From NCBI GenBank assembly GCA_035573715.1, contig DATLZZ010000022.1, positions 3,829 to 67,828 of the forward strand: DNA of 64,000 nucleotides. Reading direction: 5' to 3'. A program made the position numbers and the translations under genes. The stretch's first letter is position 1, and each line of letters starts with the position of its first letter. Under the pieces are notes generated by a model that did no database searches, had not been told where the DNA came from, and worked only from the letters and a program-made list of their open reading frames with translations. This document shows positions 9,248 to 18,634 of the stretch, piece after piece. This stretch comes from Candidatus Xenobia bacterium. Its GTDB lineage: Bacteria > Acidobacteriota > Terriglobia > Acidiferrales > 2-02-FULL-67-57.

Positions 9248-10324
9248 ATGGTTGAGCTCGCGAAACGCGTGCACCGCTTGCGGGGGCTGGCCCTGCGCGA
9301 GGCCGAGGCCTTCCTCGTTGTCCATCTCCCCAATGTTTTTTACCTGACCGGCTTCAGCGGCGCGACGGGCGTGCTCGTGGTTACTTCCTCGGAGTCCGCC
9401 TTGTTTGTTCCGCCGTTGTATGCCGAGCAGGCTCGCCGCGAGGCCCCGGCTGCTCGCGTGCGCCCGGCCGGCGCCGATGCTCTGGCTTCGGCCGCAGCCT
9501 GGCTGGCCCGCCGAGGGCCTCTGCGGGTGGGCTACGAGAGGCCTCGTTTGACACTGAGCCAGTTTGACGTTCTCCGGCAGGAGTTGGGGCCTCGGACGGA
9601 ATTGGTTGGCCTGACGGGCATTGTAGAGCGGCTGCGGGCCATCAAAGGCCAGGCCGAGGTGGCCTCCATCCGCGCCGCCATCCAGGTGGCTGCGCGGGCC
9701 TTCGAGCAGGTTCTTCCCATGGTTCGCCCTGGGGCACGGGAAATCGACTTGGCGGCTGAGATCGAATACCGGATGAAGCGGCAGGGCTCCAGTGGGCCCG
9801 CTTTTGACACTATCGTCGCCTCCGGGCCTCGCGCCGCCCTGCCCCATGGGCGCGCCAGCCGGAAGCGCCTGGCCAGGAATGAGTTGGTGGTGTTCGACTT
9901 GGGTGCTATACTCTCCGGCTATCATAGCGATATGACCCGCACCGTGTACCTGGGAAGGCCGTCGGCCCGGGTAAAGAAGACCTACCGTGCCGTCCGGGAC
10001 GCGCTGGAGCGCGCCCGCGAAGCCGTGGCTGCGGGTGTCCCTGCCGCCCGGGTGGACGGCGCCGCCCGCTCGGTGCTCGCCCGGCGCGGGCTGGGCCGCT
10101 ACTTTGTCCATGGAACCGGCCACGGTCTGGGACTGGAGATTCACGAGGAGCCCCGCGTCGGGCGCACCTCGGAGGCGACCCTGGCGGCCGGCAACGTCAT
10201 TACGCTGGAGCCGGGCGCCTACATCCCCGGCTGGGGCGGCGTTCGTATTGAGGACGTCGTGGTGGTCCGCCGGCGCGGCGCCGAAACCCTGACTCCCCTC
10301 TCCACGGAGCTGCTCTGCCTGTGA
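9248..10324 (+). CDS. pepP: M24-family Xaa-Pro aminopeptidase
   Basis: Creatinase-like N-domain plus M24 metal ligands (D..GA...GY.SD, HGTGHG.GLE.HE, EPG.Y). Confidence 0.8.
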   Translation: MVELAKRVHRLRGLALREAEAFLVVHLPNVFYLTGFSGATGVLVVTSSESALFVPPLYAEQARREAPAARVRPAGADALASAAAWLARRGPLRVGYERPRLTLSQFDVLRQELGPRTELVGLTGIVERLRAIKGQAEVASIRAAIQVAARAFEQVLPMVRPGAREIDLAAEIEYRMKRQGSSGPAFDTIVASGPRAALPHGRASRKRLARNELVVFDLGAILSGYHSDMTRTVYLGRPSARVKKTYRAVRDALERAREAVAAGVPAARVDGAARSVLARRGLGRYFVHGTGHGLGLEIHEEPRVGRTSEATLAAGNVITLEPGAYIPGWGGVRIEDVVVVRRRGAETLTPLSTELLCL

Positions 10325-10851
10325 AACGCAAACCGCCGACAACCCAGAAGCCGCAGCGGGCCGCCGCCGACAACTTTATCCCTTTTGAGCAGGTGCAGGC
10401 ACTGATTGACCTCCTGGAAGAGCGCGGGCTGGAGGAGTTTGAGCTCGAGCGCGAAGGGATGCGCATCCGCATCAAGCGCCGCGGGGCGCCGGCGCCGCCG
10501 CCCGTGTTTGAGAACTACCTGCCGGCTTCGCCCGAGCCGGCGCGAGCCGAGTCGGAGGCACCGGCGGTTGCCGGCGGGGAAGGCGAGTTGCGCGGCGAGG
10601 ATCTGCACATCGTCAAGTCGCCGATTGTCGGCACCTTTTATGCGGCACCGCGGCCGGATGCGCCGCCCTTCGTCAAGCTGGGCGATGAGGTGGCCGTGGG
10701 CCAGGTGCTCTGCATTATCGAGGCCATGAAGCTGATGAATGAAATCGAAGCCGACGTGGCCGGAGAAATTGTCCGTGTTTACGTCGAAAACGCCCAGCCG
10801 GTCGAGTATGGCGAGTCGCTCTTCGCCATTCGCCCCTCCAAGAAGAAGTAG
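10321..10851 (+). CDS. accB: Acetyl-CoA carboxylase biotin carboxyl carrier protein
   Basis: EAMKLMNEI biotinylation motif. GTGA overlap with pepP. Immediately upstream of accC. Confidence 0.9.
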   Translation: MKRKPPTTQKPQRAAADNFIPFEQVQALIDLLEERGLEEFELEREGMRIRIKRRGAPAPPPVFENYLPASPEPARAESEAPAVAGGEGELRGEDLHIVKSPIVGTFYAAPRPDAPPFVKLGDEVAVGQVLCIIEAMKLMNEIEADVAGEIVRVYVENAQPVEYGESLFAIRPSKKK

Positions 10852-10866
10852 CTGTCACCCGCCACC

Positions 10867-12222
10867 ATGTTCAAGAAGATCCTCATTGCCAACCGCGGCG
10901 AGATTGCGTTGCGGGTCATCTGCGCCTGCAAGGAGCTGGGCATCAAGACGGTGGCGGTATATTCCGAAGCCGACCGCTACTCGCTGCATGTCCGCTTCGC
11001 CGACGAAGCCATCTGCATCGGCCCGGCGCGCGCCGCCGACAGTTACCTCAACATCCCGCAAATCATCAGCGCCGCCGAAGTCACCGGCGCCGAAGCGGTC
11101 CATCCGGGCTACGGGTTCCTGGCCGAGAACGCCAGCTTCGCGGAAGTCTGCGAAACCTCCGGCATCACCTTCATCGGCCCGCGCCCGGAGCTCATCGCCC
11201 TGATGGGGCAGAAGGACCGCGCCCGGCAGGAGATGGCTCGTGCCGGCCTGCCGGTGCTGCCCGGCTCCGAGGGTGTGGTGTCGTCGGAAGAGGAGGCCTT
11301 GCGAATCGCCACTGGCATCGGCTATCCGGTCATTATCAAAGCCGCCGCCGGCGGCGGTGGGCGTGGCATGCGGGTAGCGTGGAAGGAATCGGAGCTGGCG
11401 AGCTTTCTGGCCACCGCCCAGCATGAAGCTCGCGCTGCCTTCGGGAGTCCCGACGTCTACGTCGAAAAGTTCATCGCGCGCCCGCGGCACATCGAGTTCC
11501 AGGTGCTGGGCGACCTCCACGGCCACGTCGCTCACCTGGGCGAGCGCGAGTGCTCGATCCAGAGGCGGCACCAGAAACTGATTGAGGAGTCGCCTTCGCC
11601 GGCGGTGAGCGAAGAAATCCGCCAGCAGATGGGCGACAAGGTCGTCCGGGCGATGAGTGACCTCGCCTACAACAACGCCGGCACCATCGAATTCCTGATG
11701 GACGAAGACGGCCACTTCTATTTCATCGAGATGAACACCCGCATCCAGGTCGAGCACGCGGTCACCGAGATGGTCACCGGGCTGGATCTGGTCAAGAAGC
11801 AGATTCTGCTCGCCGCCGGCGAGCGCCTGGAAGCGCTGGTTCGCCCCGGCCTGCAGTTGCGCGGCCACGCCATCGAGTGCCGCATCGTGGCGGAAAACCC
11901 GGAGACCTTCCAGCCCTCGGCCGGGCGCATCAGCGCTTTCCATCCGCCCGGCGGCACCGGCGTGCGCGTGGACACCGCCGCCTACGCCGAAGCTGTTATC
12001 CCGCCCTACTACGATTCGATGATTGCCAAGCTGATCACCCATGGCAAGGACCGCCGGGAAGCCCTGGCGCGGATGGCGCGCGCGCTGGAGATGTTCGTCA
12101 TCGAAGGCATCCACACTTCGATCCCGCTTCATCGCAAGATTGTGGCCGACCCGGACTTCCAGGCCGGCCGGATGGATACGCACTTCATCGAGCGCTTCCT
12201 GACCCAGCAAGTGGCTGTTTGA
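10867..12222 (+). CDS. accC: Acetyl-CoA carboxylase biotin carboxylase subunit
   Basis: [15 protein letters not shown] start, ATP-grasp motifs, 451 aa. Confidence 0.95.
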   Translation: MFKKILIANRGEIALRVICACKELGIKTVAVYSEADRYSLHVRFADEAICIGPARAADSYLNIPQIISAAEVTGAEAVHPGYGFLAENASFAEVCETSGITFIGPRPELIALMGQKDRARQEMARAGLPVLPGSEGVVSSEEEALRIATGIGYPVIIKAAAGGGGRGMRVAWKESELASFLATAQHEARAAFGSPDVYVEKFIARPRHIEFQVLGDLHGHVAHLGERECSIQRRHQKLIEESPSPAVSEEIRQQMGDKVVRAMSDLAYNNAGTIEFLMDEDGHFYFIEMNTRIQVEHAVTEMVTGLDLVKKQILLAAGERLEALVRPGLQLRGHAIECRIVAENPETFQPSAGRISAFHPPGGTGVRVDTAAYAEAVIPPYYDSMIAKLITHGKDRREALARMARALEMFVIEGIHTSIPLHRKIVADPDFQAGRMDTHFIERFLTQQVAV

Positions 12223-12226
12223 GAAA

Positions 12227-12856
12227 GTGTCTCGCGCCCTGCCTCGCTTTTACGCCATCCTCGACCCGGCACTGCGCCCGGAGGTGCCCGCCACGGAACT
12301 GGCTCGACTGTTGGTTCGAGCCGGCGTGCGCCTGGTGCAATTGCGCGCCAAGACTCTGAACAGTGGCGAATTGTTGGGACTGGCGCGCGGCTTACTTGCG
12401 ACCCTGCCGCCGTCCTGCCGTCTTATCATCAACGATCGCGCTGACGTCGCTGTTCTGGCCGGTGCCGCCGGGGTCCACGTGGGGCAGGATGACCTTCCTG
12501 CGAGGGCGGCGCGGCAGGTGGTGGGGCCCGAGGGAATTGTCGGCTTCTCGACTCACAGCATTGCGCAGCTGGAAGCCGCCGGCGCCGCCCCGGTTGATTA
12601 CCTCGCCTTCGGTCCGGTTTTCGCCACGTCCACCAAGCCCGACCACGAGCCGGTAGTTGGCCTGGAAGGCTTGCGGGAGGCGCACCGCCGCACCGCCCGG
12701 CCGCTGGTGGCCATCGGCGGCATCACGGCAGAGAACGCCGCCCAGGTCATCGAGGCCGGCGCGAACTCCGTCGCAGTAATCGGCGGCTGGATGACCGCTG
12801 AGGATATTCCCGGGCGCTTGGAAGCGTTCCGCCGCGCCCTCGGTCGTCTGGACTAA
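12227..12856 (+). CDS. thiE: Thiamine-phosphate synthase
   Basis: LYAI.D-type N-terminus, V.LVQLR.K, INDR.D.A....A.GVH.GQ.D, GGI motif. Confidence 0.85.
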   Translation: MSRALPRFYAILDPALRPEVPATELARLLVRAGVRLVQLRAKTLNSGELLGLARGLLATLPPSCRLIINDRADVAVLAGAAGVHVGQDDLPARAARQVVGPEGIVGFSTHSIAQLEAAGAAPVDYLAFGPVFATSTKPDHEPVVGLEGLREAHRRTARPLVAIGGITAENAAQVIEAGANSVAVIGGWMTAEDIPGRLEAFRRALGRLD

Positions 12857-13299
12857 CCTCGCTCCACCTCTTGGCGGAGTTCCTGCAGTGCTTTCTGGCA
12901 GCGCTCGCGGATGGTGCGCAGCTTTTTCTGGTCGCGCTGGCCGCGCCAGGTGGCCAGCGCCTGTGCTACCAGGTAGTAGCTGGCGGCGCCGGCGATGAAG
13001 AAGAGGGCTCCTCGAAATGCACTGTCGCCTCCCGCCACCGCGAAAGCGGCCAGAGCCAGAAAGCCGAACACGAACAGGGATGTGACCAGCCGCAGGGAGA
13101 AGCTGCGGAACCAGGCTTCACGATCCAGCTCGGCGCGCAGGGCGCGCTCTTCGGTTTCCTTGAGGGCCAGGAAGCGCGCCAGCGGCGCCAACTCGGCTGA
13201 CTTTCCCCCCAGCTCTTCCAGCCGTTTGGCCAGACTCCGCCCTTCGCGCTCCTCCTCGCGGAGCCAGGCCAGAAGAAGCTTTCGATTGTCGGAGGCCAT
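12853..13299 (-). CDS. Hypothetical membrane protein (coiled coil, 2 TM segments, coiled coil), last gene of the NSS operon
   Basis: High GC3 frame. Start ATG overlaps the upstream TAA stop (TAATG). No family recognised. Confidence 0.55.
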   Translation of the reverse strand: MASDNRKLLLAWLREEEREGRSLAKRLEELGGKSAELAPLARFLALKETEERALRAELDREAWFRSFSLRLVTSLFVFGFLALAAFAVAGGDSAFRGALFFIAGAASYYLVAQALATWRGQRDQKKLRTIRERCQKALQELRQEVERG

Positions 13300-13397
13300 T
13301 ACTTGGGCTTACGCAGGAACTGGGCGAGGCAGTAGATGTTAAGGCCAATGATGAAGCCCCAACTCAGCACCAGAAACGCCAAGGCGCTTCCGCTCAT
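13299..13397 (-). CDS. MetS-like small subunit of an NSS transporter (32 aa, single TM)
   Basis: MSGSALAFLVLSWGFIIGLNIYCLAQFLRKPK. Its ATG overlaps the NSS TGA stop (ATGA). Size and position match MetS-type micro-subunits. Confidence 0.6.
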   Translation of the reverse strand: MSGSALAFLVLSWGFIIGLNIYCLAQFLRKPK

Positions 13398-15280
13398 GGA
13401 GTCCTCCGGGCGTGATAGCGCTTCCAGGCGTAGGCAATGAGCCCCAGAAAGAGAATCGTCGAGCCAATCACGATGCCGCGCGCCAGCCACACATAGGGCG
13501 AGGTGTAGTACACCGTCAGGATGAGCGGGACGACCTTGTCCACCGCCACGTGAGGCTTGCCGGGCGCCGCCCGTTCCTCATAGCGCTGCCCGCTGCCGCG
13601 CAGGTAGCGCTCGAAGGCGGTCGCATCCGCCAAGTTGGCCAGCGCCCCGAGGCCATTGATTTTTCGGACCTTGATCGAGCCATCGGCGCCGAACTGCACC
13701 TCGGCGTGAAGCTTCCCGTCGGCCTCAGCCTGCGCGGCCCGGTCGCGAGCCTGCTGGGCAAAGCGGGTCGCGAACTCGGCTTCGGCTTTGTCGGGCGGCA
13801 CGCTTTCGATGGTTCCCGGGAAGTTCCCCGGCGTATCCACCCACAGCGCCACGGTCGGCCGCGGAGTCAGAACTCCTCCCTTGTAGCCATCAAAATAGAC
13901 CCAGCCGGCCAGGATGACCGCGAGGGCCACGGGAGTGACGTAGAGCATGATGGGTTTGAAGAACGCGGGCACTTGAATCAAGCCGCCGCGCTGCAACTCC
14001 CCCCAGCCGCGCGCCAGCCCGTAAATCCAGGCGAACAGGACGATCTCGATCAGAGCCACGACGGCCAGACCCAGCGTGCCCGCCCAGAAATCGAGCTCAC
14101 CAAGGACTCCATAGCGGTAGTAGAGGATCACCGGAACGGAGCCCAGCAGCCAGAGTGCCGTGAGCCAGAAGGTGGCTTTGGGGCGCGACATCCGCAGCTC
14201 ATCCTGGAAGAAGGCCATCACCGGCTGGGCCACGGCTACCGACGAGGTAAAGGCCGCAAAGAAAAGCAGCAGAAACCAGACGCTGCCGAACAGCCAGGTG
14301 GCGGGGAAGGCGCGCAGGATTTCCGGCATGGAGATCATGCCGATGCTGAAGGTGCCGCTGGAGGCCACTCGCTGGATTTCATCTGCGCCGAAGAAGACCG
14401 CCGCGGCCGGGATGGCAATCATGCCGCCGAAGATGACTTCCACGAACTCGTTGGTGGCGGCCGTGGTCAACGCGCTGAGGGCGATGTCTTCGTCCTCGCG
14501 CACGTAGCTGGCGTAACACTCCAGCGAGCCGAAGCCGATGGAGAGGGTAAAGAAGATCTGGCCGGCGGCCGCCAGCCATACGCTGAAATCACCCAGGCGG
14601 CTGAAGTCCGGCGTCCAGAGGAAGTTGAGCCCCTCCAGCGCCGTGCCTTCGCCCTCCAGCGTCAGCACCCGGATGGACATCAGGATGCAGAACAAGAACA
14701 GCAACGGCATGGCAATCTTGGCCAGCAGTTCAATGCCCTTGGCCACCCCCCGATACAGCACAATCATGTTCAGCCCCACGGTGATGGCCAGAAAGGCGCC
14801 GGCGGCCAGCAACCCGGGGAAGTAGGAGCTGGTGGGCGCCATGTTGAGGAACTCCTGGTAATACGCCGCCAGGTGGACGGTGCGGTGGGGCGTGGTCATG
14901 TAGTCGCCAGTCAACGAAAACCAGGCATAGCCGAGGCACCAAGCTTCGATATAGGTGTAGTAGAGGACGAAGCAGTAAGGCAGCGTCAATCCCAGGACGC
15001 CCACGTACTTGGCCAGCGGGGAGTTCCCCATGCGGTCGAACATTCCCGGCAAGCTGCCGTGGCCGAACTTGCCCCCGTGGCGGCCGATGGTCCACGCCAC
15101 CCACATCATCGGAATCCCGAAGATGAGCAGGCAGACGATGTAGGGAATCATGAAGGCCCCGCCGCCGTTGTTGGCGGCCTGGCCCGGGAAGCGGAGGAGG
15201 TTGCCGATGCCGATGGCGTTACCGGCCGCGGCGAGAATCAGGCCCCAGCGTGAGCCCCACGCTTCGCGTTCCGGAGTCAT
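13394..15280 (-). CDS. Neurotransmitter:sodium symporter (NSS/SNF) family transporter with a soluble insertion of about 110 aa before the last TM
   Basis: W.SR.G..LA.AG.A.G.GN..RFP motif and GGGAF.IPY. 628 aa. Confidence 0.9.
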   Translation of the reverse strand: MTPEREAWGSRWGLILAAAGNAIGIGNLLRFPGQAANNGGGAFMIPYIVCLLIFGIPMMWVAWTIGRHGGKFGHGSLPGMFDRMGNSPLAKYVGVLGLTLPYCFVLYYTYIEAWCLGYAWFSLTGDYMTTPHRTVHLAAYYQEFLNMAPTSSYFPGLLAAGAFLAITVGLNMIVLYRGVAKGIELLAKIAMPLLFLFCILMSIRVLTLEGEGTALEGLNFLWTPDFSRLGDFSVWLAAAGQIFFTLSIGFGSLECYASYVREDEDIALSALTTAATNEFVEVIFGGMIAIPAAAVFFGADEIQRVASSGTFSIGMISMPEILRAFPATWLFGSVWFLLLFFAAFTSSVAVAQPVMAFFQDELRMSRPKATFWLTALWLLGSVPVILYYRYGVLGELDFWAGTLGLAVVALIEIVLFAWIYGLARGWGELQRGGLIQVPAFFKPIMLYVTPVALAVILAGWVYFDGYKGGVLTPRPTVALWVDTPGNFPGTIESVPPDKAEAEFATRFAQQARDRAAQAEADGKLHAEVQFGADGSIKVRKINGLGALANLADATAFERYLRGSGQRYEERAAPGKPHVAVDKVVPLILTVYYTSPYVWLARGIVIGSTILFLGLIAYAWKRYHARRTP

Positions 15281-15301
15281 TCACCCTCCGCAAAGCGTCA
15301 G

Positions 15302-15330
15302 AGTCTATGGGCAGCCAATTTGGCTGTCAA
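15302..15330 (-). promoter_or_regulatory. Promoter of the NSS operon (TTGACA-N17-TAGACT)
   Basis: Perfect -35, good -10, and GGAGG 4 nt before the ATG at 15280. Confidence 0.5.
15312..15326. promoter_or_regulatory. Perfect 7-1-7 palindrome CAGCCAA-A-TTGGCTG in the NSS promoter spacer (candidate operator)
   Basis: Read directly from the sequence. It overlaps the -35 hexamer by 2 nt. Confidence 0.4.
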
Positions 15331-15371
15331 GAAAAACAGGACGGTCGCGGAGGGGTCGCGCACGGCGGTGA

Positions 15372-15400
15372 TTGACACGCGGCCCCCTTTCTGCCACTTT
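15372..15400 (+). promoter_or_regulatory. Promoter-like motif TTGACAC-N9-TTTCTGCCACTTT, copy 1
   Basis: The same motif with identical spacing recurs at 18571-18599. TTGACA as -35 and CACTTT at the 17-nt -10 position. Confidence 0.35.
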
Positions 15401-15444
15401 CACTTGCCCGCTGCATGGGAGCAGGCTTCGTCAGGAGAGAAACT

Positions 15445-16908
15445 GTGCCCGAGAGAGCTGTACCTCGCCCGACGGAAGCAAAGGTCGAGCTGGTTAAGGG
15501 GCTCGGCCTGGCGGACGCCACCCTGCTGGTGATTGGTTCGATGATCGGCTCTGGGCTCTTCATTGTCTCGGCGGACGTAGCCCGACAGTTGAACTCGCCT
15601 GGGGGATTGATTCTCACTTGGCTGGTTACCGCCTTTTTGACCATTGTCGGCGCGCTGAGCTTTGGCGAGTTGGCGGCGATGATGCCGAGGGCCGGCGGAA
15701 TGTACGTCTTCCTCCGCGAGGCCTACAGCCCTCTACTCGGCTTTCTCTACGGCTGGACCGTCTTCCTGGTCATCGGTTCGGCCACCATTGCCGCCGTGGC
15801 CATCGCCTTTGCCAAGTTCACCGGCGTGTTCCTGCCCTGGTTCTCCTCAACTCATTGGCTGTGGAAGATCGGCACCGTAGGGACGTACACCATCGGGCTG
15901 CACACACAGAACTTGCTGGCGATTCTCTCCATCGTCGCCCTGACCTGGGTGAACGCTCGCGGGTTGCGCTCGGGCGCGATGGCGCAGAATGTCCTCACTC
16001 TCGCCAAAGTGGCCGGCATCGTGGTGTTGATCGTATTCGGCCTCACCCTGGGTCGGAACCCGCAGGCGCTGGAAGCGAACTTCACCGGCTTCTGGAGAAA
16101 CCTCGACTGGAGCGGCCACACCCTGACCGTGCTGGCCGTGGCCATGGTGGGGCCGCTGTTCGCCGCTTTTGCCTGGGAGAACGCGACTTTCACCGCAGCG
16201 GAGACCAAGGAGGCCAAACGCAACCTCCCCCTCTGCCTTCTGCTCGGCACAGGCACGGTGATGGTTCTTTACCTGCTGACCAATCTTTCCTACCTGACCA
16301 CGTTGCCGCTGGCCGGGAGCCCGCAAGGAAGCGACGTCCTCGCCCGGGGCATTCAGTATGCCGCCGAAGATCGCGTGGCCGCCGCCTCCGGCGAAGTCAT
16401 CTTCGGCACGGCGGGCGCTTACTTCATGGCGGCCGCGATCATGATTTCGACCTTCGGCTGCAACAACGGGTTGATTCTCTCCTATGCGCGTGTCTACTTT
16501 GCCATGGCGCGCGACAAGCTCTTCTTCGCCCGCCTGGGCGAGCTGAATCCGAAGACCCATACCCCCAATGCCGCGCTGTTCCTGCAAGGCGTTTGGGCGA
16601 GCCTGCTGACGCTCACCGGGACCTATTCCGACCTCCTCGACTACGTGATTTTCGCTCAGATGCTTTTTTACATCTTGACGATTGCGGCTCTGTTTGTGCT
16701 CCGCCGCTCGCAGCCGCAGGCGGAGCGGCCCTACCGGACCTTCGGCTATCCGGTCCTGCCGGTGCTCTACATCGCCATTTCCGCCTTCATCGAAATCTGC
16801 ATCTTGGTCTACAAGCCACGCTACACTTGGCCGGGGTTGATTCTGGTCGCCCTGGGAATCCCGGCGTACTGGCTGTGGCGGCGGCCTAGAACGCGGAACG
16901 ATTCCTAA
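15445..16908 (+). CDS. APC-superfamily amino acid permease
   Basis: GSMIGSGLF motif and about 12 TM segments. GTG at 15445 follows AGGAGA. ATG at 15415 is the alternative start. Confidence 0.8.
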   Translation: MPERAVPRPTEAKVELVKGLGLADATLLVIGSMIGSGLFIVSADVARQLNSPGGLILTWLVTAFLTIVGALSFGELAAMMPRAGGMYVFLREAYSPLLGFLYGWTVFLVIGSATIAAVAIAFAKFTGVFLPWFSSTHWLWKIGTVGTYTIGLHTQNLLAILSIVALTWVNARGLRSGAMAQNVLTLAKVAGIVVLIVFGLTLGRNPQALEANFTGFWRNLDWSGHTLTVLAVAMVGPLFAAFAWENATFTAAETKEAKRNLPLCLLLGTGTVMVLYLLTNLSYLTTLPLAGSPQGSDVLARGIQYAAEDRVAAASGEVIFGTAGAYFMAAAIMISTFGCNNGLILSYARVYFAMARDKLFFARLGELNPKTHTPNAALFLQGVWASLLTLTGTYSDLLDYVIFAQMLFYILTIAALFVLRRSQPQAERPYRTFGYPVLPVLYIAISAFIEICILVYKPRYTWPGLILVALGIPAYWLWRRPRTRNDS

Positions 16909-16926
16909 TTCCACTTGGGGGACAGC

Positions 16927-18552
16927 ATGGCTGGTCGCCTGTTCATCACCAAACCGGTCGAATGCTTGCAGGCTGAGGCCGCCGACACCGAGCACGGCCT
17001 CAAGCGTGCCCTGAGCGCAATTGATCTCGTCATGCTTGGGGTCGGTGCCATCATCGGCGCCGGCATCTTCGTGTTGACCGGCAACGCCGCCGCCACCAAC
17101 GCCGGGCCGGCCATCGTGCTTTCTTTCGTGCTGGCCGGTGTCGCCTGCGCTTTTGCTGGCCTGTGCTACTCCGAGATGGCCACCATGATCCCCATTGCCG
17201 GCAGCGCCTACACCTATTCCTACGCCACCATGGGCGAGTTTCTGGCCTGGGTCATCGGTTGGGATTTGATTCTGGAGTATTCGCTGGGCGCCGCCACCGT
17301 GTCGGTCGGCTGGTCGGCCACCGTCGAGAACTTCCTGCGCGAGGAACTGCACATCATTATCCCGCCGCAGCTCACTGCCGGCCCGTGGCAGCAGGTGACG
17401 CTGGCCGATGGTACGCAGGCTCCCGGCTTCTTCAACGTGCCGGCAGCCTTCATTGTGCTGCTGATTACCGCGCTGCTGGTCATCGGCATCCGCGAATCGG
17501 CCAGCGTGAACACCACCATAGTGTTTGTGAAGGTGGCGGTGGTGATTGCCTTCATCCTGGCGGGGTTGGCCTTCATCAACCGCGCCAACTGGAGTCCGTT
17601 CATCCCGCCCAACACCGGCGTTTTCGGCGAGTTCGGCTGGAGCGGGGTGCTGCGCGGCGCCGCTGTGGTGTTCTTTGCCTACATCGGCTTCGACGCCGTG
17701 TCGGTGGCGGCGCAGGAATCCCGGAACCCGCAGCGCGACATGCCCATCGGCATCCTGGGGAGTCTGGCGGTGTGCACCCTACTCTACGTCCTGGTCTCCG
17801 CCGTGCTCACCGGCGTGGTCCCCTACACCAAGCTGAATGTGGCCGCGCCCATTTCCGTGGGCATCGACGCAACGGGGTTGTTCTGGCTCCGGCCCATTGT
17901 CAAGATTGGCGCCATCGCCGGTTTGACCTCGGTGATGCTGGTGATGCTGCTGGCGCAGCCGCGTATCTTCTGGACGATGGCCCGCGACGGCCTGCTGCCG
18001 GCGTGGGCCGCCAGGGTGCATCCGCGCTTTCGCACGCCCTACATCACCACCATCGTAACCGGCCTGGCCGTGGCCATCACCGGAGGTCTGTTTCCCATCG
18101 GGGTGCTGGGACAATTGGTAAGCATCGGCACGCTGTTCGCGTTTCTTCTGGTGTGCGGCGGCGTCTGGGTGATGCGCTATACCCATCCGCACGTGGCCCG
18201 GCCGTTCAAAACCCCGTGGGTGCCCCTGGTTCCCATCCTGGGCATTGTCTCTTGCTTCGCCTTGATGGCCGGCTTGCCGTGGACGACCTGGGAGCGACTC
18301 ATTATCTGGATGGCCATCGGACTGACCATCTACGTGACCTACGGTTTGCGTCATAGCGCCATCGCACACGAGCGAGGACTCAACCGGGAAGGGCTGCTGC
18401 TAACCGACGGCGGCTTGCTGGTCTTGATGCTGGTGCTGATGCTCCTCGGATGGCAGATGGACAGCCCGTTAACCTTCTGGACCGGCGGGATAATCTTTCT
18501 CATCGGTCTGGCGACGACCGCCTTTGACGCTTTGAGACGCCGGAGACGCTAG
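16927..18552 (+). CDS. APC-superfamily permease, cationic amino acid transporter (CAT/YfnA-like) type
   Basis: LKR.L...DL...[15 protein letters not shown] motif and 14-TM-like length. TTG at 16915 is the alternative start. Confidence 0.8.
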   Translation: MAGRLFITKPVECLQAEAADTEHGLKRALSAIDLVMLGVGAIIGAGIFVLTGNAAATNAGPAIVLSFVLAGVACAFAGLCYSEMATMIPIAGSAYTYSYATMGEFLAWVIGWDLILEYSLGAATVSVGWSATVENFLREELHIIIPPQLTAGPWQQVTLADGTQAPGFFNVPAAFIVLLITALLVIGIRESASVNTTIVFVKVAVVIAFILAGLAFINRANWSPFIPPNTGVFGEFGWSGVLRGAAVVFFAYIGFDAVSVAAQESRNPQRDMPIGILGSLAVCTLLYVLVSAVLTGVVPYTKLNVAAPISVGIDATGLFWLRPIVKIGAIAGLTSVMLVMLLAQPRIFWTMARDGLLPAWAARVHPRFRTPYITTIVTGLAVAITGGLFPIGVLGQLVSIGTLFAFLLVCGGVWVMRYTHPHVARPFKTPWVPLVPILGIVSCFALMAGLPWTTWERLIIWMAIGLTIYVTYGLRHSAIAHERGLNREGLLLTDGGLLVLMLVLMLLGWQMDSPLTFWTGGIIFLIGLATTAFDALRRRRR

Positions 18553-18570
18553 TCCGGCGCCGGGTGCGCG

Positions 18571-18599
18571 TTGACACCCGCGCCCATTTCTGCCACTTT
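18571..18599 (+). promoter_or_regulatory. Promoter-like motif TTGACAC-N9-TTTCTGCCACTTT, copy 2
   Basis: See 15372-15400. Lies upstream of the HAMP-PP2C phosphatase gene. Confidence 0.35.
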
Positions 18600-18634
18600 T
18601 CTAGCGGTTGAAACCGCTTCGCCCAGTCCATCCT

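Noticed and set aside
12180-12230. TPP riboswitch upstream of thiE
   Set aside because: thiE starts 4 nt after the accC stop, so there is no room for a leader.
13412-15253. 613-aa plus-strand ORF. The same applies to 45604-47514 (+), 18500-20275 (-), 15847-17352 (-) and 5669-6808 (-).
   Set aside because: All are antisense or out-of-frame shadows of well-supported transporter, phosphatase or pilus genes.
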